DNA of 64,000 bases from an uncultured Armatimonadetes bacterium (GCA_963716175.1 OY970296.1:3680001-3744000), one strand, 5' to 3'; positions 1-9,968 are shown, counted from the stretch's first letter. Notes: generated by a model from the letters alone, not told the origin. Program-made: numbers and translations.

Positions 1-252
1 TTTGAAAGGGTCGTAGCCCAGGATGGCAAGATGGGAGGTGTCGCTACCGGCGCGGATGCCAGGGGAAATGGGGTCCATCTGGCCCGATTGGCCTTCATCC
101 GCGATGTGGTCGAGAGCCGGTGTGTCGGCCGCCTCCAGGGGAGTGCGGCCGTTCAGCTCGGGTACCGGCCGATCGGCCAGCCCGTCGCCAATCAGGATGA
201 CAGCTTTGGTGCGGCAACCCGTCGGCGTCGCCGCCTCGGTGCCTGTGCTCAT
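1..252 (-). CDS. apgM: 2,3-bisphosphoglycerate-independent phosphoglycerate mutase (ApgM type), 5' part; truncated by window edge
   Basis: Manual translation from ATG at 252: MSTG...KAVILIGDGLADRPVPELNGRTPLEAADTPALDHIADEGQSGQMDPISPGIRAGSDTSHLAILGYDPF, the ApgM N-terminal signature. Not in the ORF track. Confidence 0.88.
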   Translation of the reverse strand, partial: MSTGTEAATPTGCRTKAVILIGDGLADRPVPELNGRTPLEAADTPALDHIADEGQSGQMDPISPGIRAGSDTSHLAILGYDPFK

Positions 253-281
253 GGTTGGTACCTCGCCTTCGTTGAGATCCG

Positions 282-1493
282 CTACCCAGCAGGCACGATC
301 TTGCCCAGGATCACGGCGCGGCTTGCCCCGGTCACCTGGGGCAGGTTGGCGGGCTGGCCCAGCACGGTCTCGTTGCCCAGGATGGCGAAGGCCAGCGCTT
401 CCTTGGCGTCGCCGCGCAGGCCGAAATCCTCATGTAGGAAGATGGGCGTTCTGGGGCCGCCTGCTGTCCCGCGGGCCGGCAGGCGCTCCTGGAGCATGCG
501 CCGCAGTGTGAGGTTGTAACTTCCGCCTCCTCCCAGGATCACCTCGTCGAGTTGATAGCGAGGAACGACAAAGTCGCGGTAGGCGGCCGCGATGCACTCG
601 GCAGTGAAGGCGGTGGTCGTGGTCAGCAGGTCCTCGGCCGAGACACCCTGCGCTTCGGCTCGCGCCAGCAGCTCCCCCACGAACTTGCTCCCGAATTCCT
701 CCCGGCCGGTTGACTTGGGCGGCTGACGGCGGAGGAACTCATGCCCCATCAACCAGAAGAGCAGGCCCTCGTCCACCTTGCCCAGCGCGCCCAGCTCCCC
801 ATCTCGGTCGAAGCGCATTTCGCCTTGCGAGAAAGCGGTCACCAGGGCATCAATGATCATGTTGCCAGGGCCGGTGTCGAAGGCCACCACGTCGTCCAAC
901 CCGCCGCCGGCAGGCAGCACGGTGACGTTGGCGATCCCGCCGATGTTCTGGACGGCGCGGGTCTTCTCGGGATGGCGGAAGAGCGCGAAGTCCGCATAGG
1001 GAACCAGGGGCGCGCCCTGTCCCCCCGCCGCTATATCGCGAGGCCGGAAGTCCGCCGCCACCGTCACTCCTGTCAGCTCGGCGATCACCGCCGGCTCCCC
1101 GATCTGAAGGGTGGAGCCTCCCACCGCCGCCTCATAGGGGCCGCCAGGAGGAAGGTGGCAGATGGTCTGCCCATGTGAAGCTATGAGATCAACCTCCGCC
1201 GGCCTCAGCTCGCGCCCGCCGATGAGCTCCAGGGCCGCCTGCGCGAACAGCCGGCCCAGCGCGAAGTTCATCCGGCAAACATCAACCACTGGGGCCTCGG
1301 GAGAGAAGAGCGCGAAGATGGCGCGCCGCACGCTGCCCTCGTAAGGGAAGTCTCGGAAGGCCACGAGCGAGGCCCTGATGCTGTCACCGCTGCCCGAGAT
1401 GCGGGTCAGAGCCGCGTCAATGCCGTCGGCCGAGGTGCCGGACATGAGGCCGACGACGGTGCGCGTCTCCTTGCCGGCATAGTCAGCGATCAC
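282..1493 (-). CDS. anmK: anhydro-N-acetylmuramic acid kinase
   Basis: GLMSGTSADGID, SHGQTI, DFRPRDIAAGGQGAPLVP, NIGGIAN, FDTGPGN, KSTGREEF, KEALAFA. GTG start overlaps the upstream stop (GTGA). Confidence 0.95.
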   Translation of the reverse strand: MIADYAGKETRTVVGLMSGTSADGIDAALTRISGSGDSIRASLVAFRDFPYEGSVRRAIFALFSPEAPVVDVCRMNFALGRLFAQAALELIGGRELRPAEVDLIASHGQTICHLPPGGPYEAAVGGSTLQIGEPAVIAELTGVTVAADFRPRDIAAGGQGAPLVPYADFALFRHPEKTRAVQNIGGIANVTVLPAGGGLDDVVAFDTGPGNMIIDALVTAFSQGEMRFDRDGELGALGKVDEGLLFWLMGHEFLRRQPPKSTGREEFGSKFVGELLARAEAQGVSAEDLLTTTTAFTAECIAAAYRDFVVPRYQLDEVILGGGGSYNLTLRRMLQERLPARGTAGGPRTPIFLHEDFGLRGDAKEALAFAILGNETVLGQPANLPQVTGASRAVILGKIVPAG

Positions 1494-2803
1494 GTCGCGC
1501 GTAGGTTGACCACCTCTGCACCGGGGTAGTAGGCGGCCAGGATCTCGGCTGCCGTCTGTCCGGCCTCCGCGCGGCCGCGGGCTCCCCACTGGCAGAGGCC
1601 GATGCCATGGCCATGCCCTGTCCCGCGGAACACGAAGGCTTGCCCGCCGGCCGTGTGGTGAGCGCGGGGCCGTCCCCGGAGATTCTTCTCCACCGTGAGA
1701 TCGAAAGCGGTGCTGGGAAGCCCGCCCGCGCCCGGTCTGCCCGTTCCGAAGAGCCAGCGAATGGCATCGCCCCGCACCCGGTAACTCCCGGCGCTGGCCG
1801 TGATCTCGAGCCACTCCACCCGGCCGCCCTGGCGGCCCGCGATGTGCAGCCGGTTCAGCCGCCCCGGCCGCAGGCCTGGCTGGCCCAACACAGTTCCCAG
1901 GTTCCTGGCCACCAGCCGCTCGGTCTGGGCAAGGGTGAACCGCCGCGTCCAGTTCAGGCCCCGGTCGAGGCGGCAGTAGGGTGGTTCCCCATAGCCGTCG
2001 CGATCGCTGCTTCGGGTCAGGTAGGGCAGAAGCTTGCCCTGCCTTACCTCCCACGGGGCAGCGGTGGCACCCCCGCAGGCCGAGTGGTAGAGCGCGTCCA
2101 CTAGCAGACCGTTCCAGGCCAGGACTTGGCCGGCCGTCCTGCGCGTCGCCTCTGCCGCCGTTGAATCTCCGGGCGCCACGCCCGCGTAGGCCTGACAGTG
2201 CACCTGCGCGCAGAGATCAGCGCCCTCGGTGGCGTGATCGCCCAGGTGGTAAAGAGCGTAAGTGCGGGCCGCGATCGCCTGCGCCTCCATGGCCTCCAAG
2301 GGAAAGTCTCTGGGCAGCTCCGCGGCGACCACCCCGGCCACGTAGGCCTCCAGGTCAACCTGCGCGACCACGCGGAGGCCACTCTCCGCAATCGTGATCT
2401 CCAGTGCGCCGGGATAGGAGCCGCGCCGCCTCCCCGGCAAGCCGCCCCGGGCTGAGACCGTGATCCCCCCGGCGGCGGAGAGGGTGCGAATCCGCAGCGC
2501 TCTCCCACTCAGGCGGGCCGACCCCGCTCTCAGGGCGACTTGGCCTTGCCAGCGGCCGAGGACGGCGGCAGCGCCGCCACCGAGAGTGGCCAGGCGAGCG
2601 CCATCTCCTGCGTTCTCGACGGCAACGGCAGACGCGGAGCGCACCACCAGGGCCTCCGCCTGGTCGAGCATGAGAACGCGGATCTGCCGCTGGCCGTTGG
2701 CCCAGGGTACCACCTGGGCGGCCGGCACTTCCTTGGGCAGGCCTCCGGCGACGCCGAGGTGCCAGCAGAGCAGGGCTGCCAGCGCCCAGGGCGCGCCCGT
2801 CAC
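1490..2803 (-). CDS. SpoIID/LytB-domain lytic transglycosylase, exported
   Basis: LEAYVAGVVAAE, AQAIAARTYAL, CQAY, YHSACGG, GHGIGLCQWGA, ILAAYYPG. Hydrophobic N-terminus; GTG start coupled to the HAD stop. Confidence 0.88.
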   Translation of the reverse strand: MTGAPWALAALLCWHLGVAGGLPKEVPAAQVVPWANGQRQIRVLMLDQAEALVVRSASAVAVENAGDGARLATLGGGAAAVLGRWQGQVALRAGSARLSGRALRIRTLSAAGGITVSARGGLPGRRRGSYPGALEITIAESGLRVVAQVDLEAYVAGVVAAELPRDFPLEAMEAQAIAARTYALYHLGDHATEGADLCAQVHCQAYAGVAPGDSTAAEATRRTAGQVLAWNGLLVDALYHSACGGATAAPWEVRQGKLLPYLTRSSDRDGYGEPPYCRLDRGLNWTRRFTLAQTERLVARNLGTVLGQPGLRPGRLNRLHIAGRQGGRVEWLEITASAGSYRVRGDAIRWLFGTGRPGAGGLPSTAFDLTVEKNLRGRPRAHHTAGGQAFVFRGTGHGHGIGLCQWGARGRAEAGQTAAEILAAYYPGAEVVNLRAT

Positions 2804-3546
2804 GGCTCGCACCCTGCAGGGCCGACGTCTCCCCGCATCTCCGCGGCCTGCCGCTTCTGCAGCCAATCCGGCAGATCGGCGAGAGAGTCGAGTACTACGT
2901 CCGCGCCGGCCTTAAGCAGGCTGCTATCCGCGCTGCTGCCAGTGCGGACGCCGATGCACACCTGGACCCCTGCCGCGCGCCCGGCCTGCATGTCGAAGTC
3001 GTGGTCTCCCACCATGGCGGCGTTCGCCGGATGGCGACCCAGCACGGCAAGGCAGCGGTGCACGTGATCGGGGTCCGGCTTGGGCCGGGGCACATCATCC
3101 CGGGTGAGCAGCAGATCGTAGTGGGCAGTCTGTAGGGCGGGCCTGCCCATGCCCGCCGTCCCCGCTCCCGCTGCGCGCAGCTCCCGGAGCACGATCTCGG
3201 AGGCGGCCCGGCAGTTACGGGTGATCAGCGCCACGGCCAGGCCCCGCTTCCGCAACTGCGAGAGGGCCTCGGCCGCGCCCGGCAGCAGGTTCGCCTCTCG
3301 CGCCGCCTCCAGTTCGATCGCCACCACCGCCTGCGTCGCTTCCTCGCGGAACTCCTGCCCGCTCTCATGCAGGCCGGCCGCCTGCTCGATCTGCTCGATG
3401 ACACCGCGGGCCCGGAGCTGGTCAAGATCGAAACCCCGCCGGCTCGCAATGACGGCGACGGCTTCTCGCATCGCGCGGAAATCAATGGGACAGGTCGCCA
3501 CCGTCCCATCCACATCCAGGATGACGACATCAACTGGGATCACCAC
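2800..3546 (-). CDS. HAD-superfamily hydrolase (phosphoglycolate phosphatase-like)
   Basis: Motifs DVDGT, ITRN, KPDP, GDHDFD. Confidence 0.85.
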   Translation of the reverse strand: MVIPVDVVILDVDGTVATCPIDFRAMREAVAVIASRRGFDLDQLRARGVIEQIEQAAGLHESGQEFREEATQAVVAIELEAAREANLLPGAAEALSQLRKRGLAVALITRNCRAASEIVLRELRAAGAGTAGMGRPALQTAHYDLLLTRDDVPRPKPDPDHVHRCLAVLGRHPANAAMVGDHDFDMQAGRAAGVQVCIGVRTGSSADSSLLKAGADVVLDSLADLPDWLQKRQAAEMRGDVGPAGCEP

Positions 3547-3622
3547 CGCTCACTCCTGGTTGGCCGGTCGCCGATGGCCGGGCTCTGCCGCCACCGCGGC
3601 CCAAGGGGCTTAGCTGCCTGCT

Positions 3623-4861
3623 CTACTGGAAGGCGCGCACGATCAGAATCGCGTTGTGCCCGCCGAAGCCAAAGGAGTTGGACATGGCGATGCGGACTGG
3701 CATCGCCCGCGCCTGGTTCGGGACGTAGTCGAGGTCGCACTCCGGGTCCGGGTTCTCCAGGTTGATGGTCGGAGGCACCACCTGGTCCCGGAGGGCGAAC
3801 AGGCAGGCGATGAACTCGATGGCGCCGGCCGCCCCCAGGGTATGCCCGGTCATGGACTTGGTGGAGCTGCACGGCACCGCCCCTGCTCTCTCCCCGAACA
3901 CCCGCTTCAGGGCCAGGGTCTCGGCCACATCGCCCACATCGGTGGAGGTGCCGTGAGCGTTCACGTAGTCAACCTGGTCTGGGCCAATGCCAGCATCGCG
4001 CAGCGCTACCTCCATCGCCCGGGCCATGCCATCGCCGTCCGGGCAAGGTTGCGTGATGTGGTAGGCATCCGCGCTCATGCCATAGCCTATGATCTCCCCG
4101 TAGATGCGCGCGCCGCGCTTCCGCGCCGACTCCATCTCCTCCAGCACCACCGCCCCCGCTCCCTCTGCCATTACGAACCCGTCGCGATCGCGGTCGAAGG
4201 GTCTGCTGGCGGCCTGCGGGCGCTCGTTCTTGCGAGATAGCGCTCGCATGGCACAGAACCCAGCTACCGCCAGTGGGGAGACCGAGGCCTCGCTGCCTCC
4301 CGCGATCATCACCTCCGCATCGCCCCGTTTGATCACCTCGGAGGCCTCGCCAATGGTGTGGGTACTGGTGGCGCAGGCGGTGGCAATGGAGAAGTTCGGC
4401 CCTTTCGCCCCCAGCATCATGGCGATGCGGCCGGCGGCGATGTCGAGAATCAGCATCGGGATGAAGAACGGGCTGATCCGGCCCGGGCCTTTCTCCAGCA
4501 GCACCCGGTGCTGGTCCTCCCAGGTCCAGGTGCCGCCGATGCCGGAGCCGATCAGCACGCCCACGCGAGTGGCGTCAACCGCGCCCAGGTCCAGTCCGGA
4601 GTCGTCGGCCGCCATCTTGGCGGCGCCGATGGCGAACTGGGTGAAGCGGTCGCAGTGGCGCGCCTCCCTCGCCTCCAGCCAGACGGTGGGGTCGAAGCCC
4701 CTGACTTCGCCCGCGATCCGCGAGGGGAAGGCGGAGGCGTCGAACAAGGTGATGCGATCTATGCCTGACCGGCCCGCGCGCATCCCCTCCCAGCTAATCT
4801 CGGCCCCCAGTCCCAGGGGGGTGAGCGCGCCCACGCCGGTGACGGCGACGCGTCGTTCCAT
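3623..4861 (-). CDS. fabF: 3-oxoacyl-ACP synthase II
   Basis: RRVAVTG, TACATS, NAHGTST, KSMTGHTLGAAG, SNSFGFGGHN; GGAG RBS before ATG 4861. Confidence 0.96.
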   Translation of the reverse strand: MERRVAVTGVGALTPLGLGAEISWEGMRAGRSGIDRITLFDASAFPSRIAGEVRGFDPTVWLEAREARHCDRFTQFAIGAAKMAADDSGLDLGAVDATRVGVLIGSGIGGTWTWEDQHRVLLEKGPGRISPFFIPMLILDIAAGRIAMMLGAKGPNFSIATACATSTHTIGEASEVIKRGDAEVMIAGGSEASVSPLAVAGFCAMRALSRKNERPQAASRPFDRDRDGFVMAEGAGAVVLEEMESARKRGARIYGEIIGYGMSADAYHITQPCPDGDGMARAMEVALRDAGIGPDQVDYVNAHGTSTDVGDVAETLALKRVFGERAGAVPCSSTKSMTGHTLGAAGAIEFIACLFALRDQVVPPTINLENPDPECDLDYVPNQARAMPVRIAMSNSFGFGGHNAILIVRAFQ

Positions 4862-4942
4862 GAGCACTCCCGGAGGCAAAGTGGCTGCGGCCCCCAGTCC
4901 CAGCACCGCGCCCGAGCTGCCGCAGCCTGTCGGCCTGGCCGG

Positions 4943-5191
4943 CTAGCCCGCGGGTCGCTTCGCCTCCACGTAGTTCACCACGTCCGCCACCGTCTTGATC
5001 TTATCCGCTTCCTCCTCGGGGATGTCAGGCAGCTCGAATTTCTCCTCCAGGGCCATCAGCAGCTCCACCAGAGTGAGCGAGTCCGCCCGCAGATCCTCCT
5101 CGAAGGAAGCATTGGTGGTAACGATGGCCTTGTCCACCCCCAACTGCTCGGCCACCAGAGTACGGACTTCCTCAAGAAGAGCTTCGTCCAT
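4943..5191 (-). CDS. acpP: acyl carrier protein
   Basis: [12 protein letters not shown] phosphopantetheine site; GGAGG RBS; fab operon context. Confidence 0.95.
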   Translation of the reverse strand: MDEALLEEVRTLVAEQLGVDKAIVTTNASFEEDLRADSLTLVELLMALEEKFELPDIPEEEADKIKTVADVVNYVEAKRPAG

Positions 5192-5329
5192 TCCTACCTC
5201 CCAAGGGTTCTACCATCCTGGCTCGGGTGTGACCGGTCCCTTCGGGACTGTTACCGCAGCAGGACGCCCGCCGGCAGCGGCCCGCCTTTCACCCAGACGA
5301 TGCGATCACACCAGCCGGGAAGCTCTTTA

Positions 5330-6061
5330 TCACATATGCATTCCGCCGTCAACCGGCAGCACCTGTCCGGTGATGTAGCGGGCCCCGGGGGAGGCGAGAA
5401 AAGCCACCACCTCTGCCACATCCTCGGCCGTTCCCAGCCGGCCCAGCGGGATGCGGCCCGCCAGCTTCTCCCGCGCCTCCTCGCCCAACGCGTCGGTCAT
5501 GGGAGAGATGATGAAGCCCGGCGCGATAGCGTTCACGGTGATGCCTCGCGGGGCCAGCTCGCGCGCCGCCGCCTTGGTAAGACCGATGAGCCCGGCCTTG
5601 GAGGCGGCGTAGTTAGCCTGCCCCGCGTTGCCCATCATCCCCACCACGGATGCCATGTTGATGATGCAGCCCGAGCGCTGGCCGAGCATGACTTTGGCCG
5701 CCGCGCGGGTGCAGAGGAAGGCGCCGGTGAGGTTGACGTCCAGCACCATCCGCCATTGCTCATCGCTCATCCGAAGCAGGAGCCCGTCGCGGGTGATGCC
5801 GGCGTTGTTCACCAGGATGTCCAGTCGTCCGAGTTCGGCCACCACCTGCTTCACCATCTCCTCCACCTGCCCCCCGTCCCGGACATCGGCCGTGACCACC
5901 AGCGCCCGTCCCCCCAAGGTCTGCACCTCCCCCGCCACGGCCTCCAGCTCGTCCCGTCCCTCGGCGATGTCATTGAGGGCGATGTGCGCCTCCCGCGCCA
6001 GCCGCAGCGCAATGGCCCTGCCGATTCCGCGCCTGGCCCCCGTGATCAGAGCTACCGCCAT
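5330..6061 (-). CDS. fabG: 3-oxoacyl-ACP reductase
   Basis: TGARRGIG, NNAGITRD, NYAASKAG, VDGG. Confidence 0.96.
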   Translation of the reverse strand: MAVALITGARRGIGRAIALRLAREAHIALNDIAEGRDELEAVAGEVQTLGGRALVVTADVRDGGQVEEMVKQVVAELGRLDILVNNAGITRDGLLLRMSDEQWRMVLDVNLTGAFLCTRAAAKVMLGQRSGCIINMASVVGMMGNAGQANYAASKAGLIGLTKAAARELAPRGITVNAIAPGFIISPMTDALGEEAREKLAGRIPLGRLGTAEDVAEVVAFLASPGARYITGQVLPVDGGMHM

Positions 6062-6091
6062 TTCATCATCTCCTCGACCTGTCTCCGGCCG

Positions 6092-7040
6092 TCACTGGGC
6101 CAGCGTCTCCATCAGGGCCGCGAGCTCGCCGGGCGTTCCCACGGGAAGCGCACGCACATCAGAGGAGATCCGCTCGCTCAGCCTGGTGAGAACCTGCCCC
6201 GGCCCCACCTCCACGAAGAGCCGCGCGCCATCCGCAATCATACGCCGGACCGAGGCCGCCCACAGCACCGGACTGGTCATCTGGCGGGCCATGGCCAGGC
6301 GGGCCTGCTCCGCGTCCCGCACTGGCTCGGCAGTGACATTCGCCACCACCGGGATGCGCGGCGCCTGCAAGGGCAGCCTGGCGACCAGCTCCCCGAAACG
6401 CCGGGCCGCGTCCTCCATCACGGGGGCGTGAAAGGCGCCGGACACGCGGAGCGGGATGGCCCGGCCCCGCGCCCCCTTCACCGCCTCCTGTACCCGGTCC
6501 AGCGCCGCCGGCTCGCCGGACACGACCACCTGGCCGGGCGAGTTGATGTTGGCCACCACTGCCACGCCCGCTGCTTGCGCCTGGAGGCAGATCTGCTCCA
6601 CTTGGGCCTCGGCCAGGCCGATCACCGCCAGCATGCCTCCCGGCCGCCGTTCGGCCGCCTCCTCCATCAGCTCGCCCCGCCGCCGCACCAGCCGCACCGC
6701 GTCGTCGAATCCCAAGACCCCTGCCGCCACCCAGGCCGAGAACTCGCCCAGGCTGTGGCCGGCCGCCAGCTGCGGCTCCACGCCGCGTGCTCGCAGCACC
6801 TCCAGCCAGGCCACCGAGGTCGTCAGCAGCGCCGGCTGGGCGACATCGGTGCGCGTGAGCAGGGCGTCGCTGCCACTGGTGCAGACCTCAGCCAGGTCCA
6901 GCCCCAGCACCTCGCCCGCCCGCTGAAACAGCGAGCGCGCGGCCGGCTCCTGCTCCAGCAGCCCACCGGCCATGCCGGCGCGCTCGAGAGGCCTGTCCCG
7001 GGAACACGAAAGCCAGGCCCGGCCGGGGCTGAGTCACCAT
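6092..7040 (-). CDS. fabD: malonyl-CoA:ACP transacylase; +1 frameshift near 6986, probably an assembly error
   Basis: Upstream frame gives MVTQPRPGLAFVFPGQAS; the frame then changes to ERAGMAGG...AGHSLGE...VSGAFH...EVGPGQVL. Confidence 0.9.
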
Positions 7041-8044
7041 GCCATGACCATCGTGCCCCAACTCAGGCCCGCGCCGAAGCTGGAGAGCATGACGTGATCC
7101 CCCGGGTGTATGCGCCCGCCGCGCGCCGCCTCGTCGAGGGCCAGGGGGATGGAGGCAGCGGAGGTGTTGCCGTAGCGATCCACATTGCAGACAAACCGCT
7201 CATAGGGGATGTTGAGCCGTTTCGCCGCCGCGTCTATGATCCGCAAATTGGCCTGATGCGGGACCACTATCTCGATGTCGCTCATGGTGAGGCCGGCCTG
7301 ACTCACCGCGCGCTCGGACGACTCCACCATCGCTCGCACTGCGAACTTGAAGACCTCGCCACCCACCATGGTGAGATAGTGCTGGCGATTCGCCACCGTT
7401 TCGGCGCTGGCCGGCAGCCGGGAGCCTCCGGCCGGGACCTTCAGCGCGTCCGCGTTGGTGCCGTCATTGCCCAGGGAGTAGCTCAAGATGCCGCGGCCCT
7501 TGGGCATCGGGGCCACCAGCGCAGACCCGGCCGCGTCGCCGAACAGCACGCAGGTGCTGCGGTCCTGCCAGTCCGTGATCCGGGACAGGGTCTCCGAGCC
7601 GGTCACCAGCGCTCGCCGGTAGGCGCCGGTGCCCACCATCTCGTGGGCCACCGCCAACCCGTAGATGAATCCGGTGCATCCCACCAGCAGGTCGAAGGCC
7701 ACGGCATTCGTGGCGCCCAGGGCATGCTGGACAATGGCCGCGGTGCAGGGGAAGAGCGTGTCCGGGGTGACGGTGGCGACGATTACCAGGTCAATATCGG
7801 CGGGGGTGAGATGAGCGTCTGCCAGGGCGGCGCGAGCACTTTCCAGGGCGAGATCGGAAGTGGCCACGTCGGGGTCGGCAATGCGCCGTTGCTCAATGCC
7901 GGTGCGGGTGCGGATCCACTCGTCAGAGGTGTCAACCATCTTCTCCAGATCGAAGTTGGTCAGCACCCGCGAGGGTGTGTAGGAGCCTGTGGCGACGATC
8001 CCAGCTGGAATGGGCGCGGGTCTCAACCTTGCTGCTCGCCTCAC
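7034..8044 (-). CDS. fabH: 3-oxoacyl-ACP synthase III
   Basis: DTSDEWIRTRTGI, GCTGF, HQANLRI, GNTSAAS, FGAGLSWG. Confidence 0.96.
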   Translation of the reverse strand: MRRAARLRPAPIPAGIVATGSYTPSRVLTNFDLEKMVDTSDEWIRTRTGIEQRRIADPDVATSDLALESARAALADAHLTPADIDLVIVATVTPDTLFPCTAAIVQHALGATNAVAFDLLVGCTGFIYGLAVAHEMVGTGAYRRALVTGSETLSRITDWQDRSTCVLFGDAAGSALVAPMPKGRGILSYSLGNDGTNADALKVPAGGSRLPASAETVANRQHYLTMVGGEVFKFAVRAMVESSERAVSQAGLTMSDIEIVVPHQANLRIIDAAAKRLNIPYERFVCNVDRYGNTSAASIPLALDEAARGGRIHPGDHVMLSSFGAGLSWGTMVMAW

Positions 8045-9078
8045 TGGCCTGAATCTCTGGCCGCCGCGGCCTCCGCCGGAGAGGCCATCATCTGCCGGAA
8101 AGACGAGGCCAGCTCTGCTACCACGCCCTGCTGGGCCAACTCCCCGGCCACCCGGACCGCGCTCTCAATCGCCAGCGGGGACGACCGGCCGTGGGCTATC
8201 ACGCAAACGCCGTTGACCCCCACCAGGAGAGCACCGCCGTGGGAGGCATAGTCCAATTCGCGGCCCAGGGAGCGCAGCCCCGGCCTCAGCAGCCATGCCC
8301 CCAGTCGGTAGCGCCACCGGCTGGAGAGCCGCTGGCGCAGCATATGGAAGAAGAGTTCGGCGTAGCCCTCCACCGCCTTCAGCAGCACGTTGCCTGCGAA
8401 GCCGTCGCAGACCACCACCTCCACCTCGCCCAGAGGCACCTCTTTGCCCTCGATATTGCCCACGAAGTTGATGGGGGCCCCCTGCAGCAGAGCAAAAGCC
8501 TTCTTGGTCAGCGCGCTGCCCTTCGACGGCTCTTCCCCGATGCTGAGCAGGCCCACCCGCGGCCGTGCCACGTGCAGCAGACAATGGGCATAGATGGACC
8601 CCATGATGGCGAAATCACGCAGGTGCGCCGGCCGCGGGTCCACGGTCGCTCCTACGTCCAGCACCACCACGCTCCCGTGCCGGTTGGGCAAGAGCAACGC
8701 AATGGCCGGCCTCTCCACCCCGGAAAGCATGCCCAGCCGCAGCACCGCTGCCCCCATCACCGCCCCCGAGTTGCCGGCGGAGACCACTCCGCAGGCCCGC
8801 CCCTCCTTTACCAGCTCCGTCGCCACCACGATGGAGGCGTCTCGCCGCCGCAGCAGCGCGGGCCCGGGGGACTCCCCCATCCCGATGGCGTCAGCCGCGT
8901 GCACGATCTCCAGTCCGGACGGCAGGGGCCGATGGCGATCCAGCTCGGCCTTGAGCTGGCCCTCGTCTCCCACCAACAGCACTGCTCGGCCCAGACTTCG
9001 CGCTGCCTGCACCGCGCCGGCCACGGTCGTCTGTGGGGCGTGGTCTCCTCCCATCGCATCCAGGGCCACCGGGATCAA
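8041..9078 (-). CDS. plsX: phosphate acyltransferase
   Basis: DAMGGDHAP, SAGNSGA, GEEPSKG, CDGFAGN, AHGRSS. Confidence 0.96.
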   Translation of the reverse strand: MIPVALDAMGGDHAPQTTVAGAVQAARSLGRAVLLVGDEGQLKAELDRHRPLPSGLEIVHAADAIGMGESPGPALLRRRDASIVVATELVKEGRACGVVSAGNSGAVMGAAVLRLGMLSGVERPAIALLLPNRHGSVVVLDVGATVDPRPAHLRDFAIMGSIYAHCLLHVARPRVGLLSIGEEPSKGSALTKKAFALLQGAPINFVGNIEGKEVPLGEVEVVVCDGFAGNVLLKAVEGYAELFFHMLRQRLSSRWRYRLGAWLLRPGLRSLGRELDYASHGGALLVGVNGVCVIAHGRSSPLAIESAVRVAGELAQQGVVAELASSFRQMMASPAEAAAARDSGQ

Positions 9079-9119
9079 GGACGGATCGCCTCCATCTGCG
9101 CTATCACGGGCCGGCCTCC

Positions 9120-9320
9120 TCAGGTGCGACCACGATGCAGGTGCGGTTTGATGGTAAGCACCGTCTCGCCGCCATAGTTGCCGCAGGCCGGGCAGGCCAC
9201 ATGCGGGAGCTTCAGCGCCCGGCAGTCGGGGCAGGGAACCAGGTTCAGCGGCTTCAATCTCCAGTGAGCCCGCCGCTTCTGCTGTCGGCTGACAGAATGC
9301 CGCCTCTTGGGTAATGCCAC
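9120..9320 (-). CDS. rpmF: 50S ribosomal protein L32
   Basis: (M)ALPKRRHSVSRQQKRRAH...CPDC...HVACPACGNY; GTG start at 9320. Confidence 0.95.
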   Translation of the reverse strand: MALPKRRHSVSRQQKRRAHWRLKPLNLVPCPDCRALKLPHVACPACGNYGGETVLTIKPHLHRGRT

Positions 9321-9349
9321 TTCACTCGCCTCCGCGTGCAGGGGATTCC

Positions 9350-9379
9350 GTAGGGCGGGCATGCCTCCGCATGCCCGCC
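9350..9379 (+). repeat. GTAG-type REP-like palindrome (GTAGGGCGGGCAT...ATGCCCGCC family)
   Basis: gtagggcgggcatgcctccgcatgcccgcc; related copies at about 3132, 16567, 31660, 32918, 34745, 35306, 44846, 46942, 57830 and 59265. Confidence 0.8.
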
Positions 9380-9388
9380 GCCCTTCGC

Positions 9389-9910
9389 TCACCCACCAGT
9401 CTGTCTGCCCAGCAGCTCCCCCAGCTTCGACCACCGCTCATCCGCGGTATCTGCTGAGCAGCCGCACGGGCCTTCGTTCAGGTTCTTGCCACAGCTTGGG
9501 CAGATGCCGCGACAGTCCGGTCTGCAGACGAACGCCATCGGGACGCTGAGGGCAACCTGCTGGCGCACGGACTCCCCGGCGTCCAGCACATAGTCCGCAA
9601 TCGCCGCCTCCTCCGGCGCATCGCGATCTATGGTCTGCACATCTGGCGCCGTGCCTTCCGACGCGAATTCCTCCTCTACCTCCGCCTCGACCGGCTGCTC
9701 CACCTCCGTCAGGCACCGCACACAGGTGAGCTTGAGCACTGCCCTCAGCCTCCCCCTCACCAGCAGCAGGGAGCCGGTGTTCTCCACGGTCAACTCGCCA
9801 ATTACCGGCCCGACGCAGGAATATCCTTCGCCTGGAGCTACAGGTTCGGAGATGGGGTAACGGCCGCGCTCGCCCGGCGTGCCTGCAATGTCGGCTAGAT
9901 CGATCTTCAC
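9389..9910 (-). CDS. yceD: YceD/DUF177 family protein
   Basis: CVRCL and CRPDCRGICPSCG...C-C motifs; sits directly upstream of rpmF. Confidence 0.88.
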   Translation of the reverse strand: MKIDLADIAGTPGERGRYPISEPVAPGEGYSCVGPVIGELTVENTGSLLLVRGRLRAVLKLTCVRCLTEVEQPVEAEVEEEFASEGTAPDVQTIDRDAPEEAAIADYVLDAGESVRQQVALSVPMAFVCRPDCRGICPSCGKNLNEGPCGCSADTADERWSKLGELLGRQTGG

Positions 9911-9968
9911 TTTGGTGCCCAAGGGGCGCTGGTGAGGCCAACAGCACCCGCGCTGACCGCTGGGCTCT

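Noticed and set aside
5300-8251. 983-aa + strand ORF (and similar long ORFs at 20900, 26088, 32242, 36872, 51596 and 56591)
   Set aside because: These are antisense to well-supported housekeeping genes.
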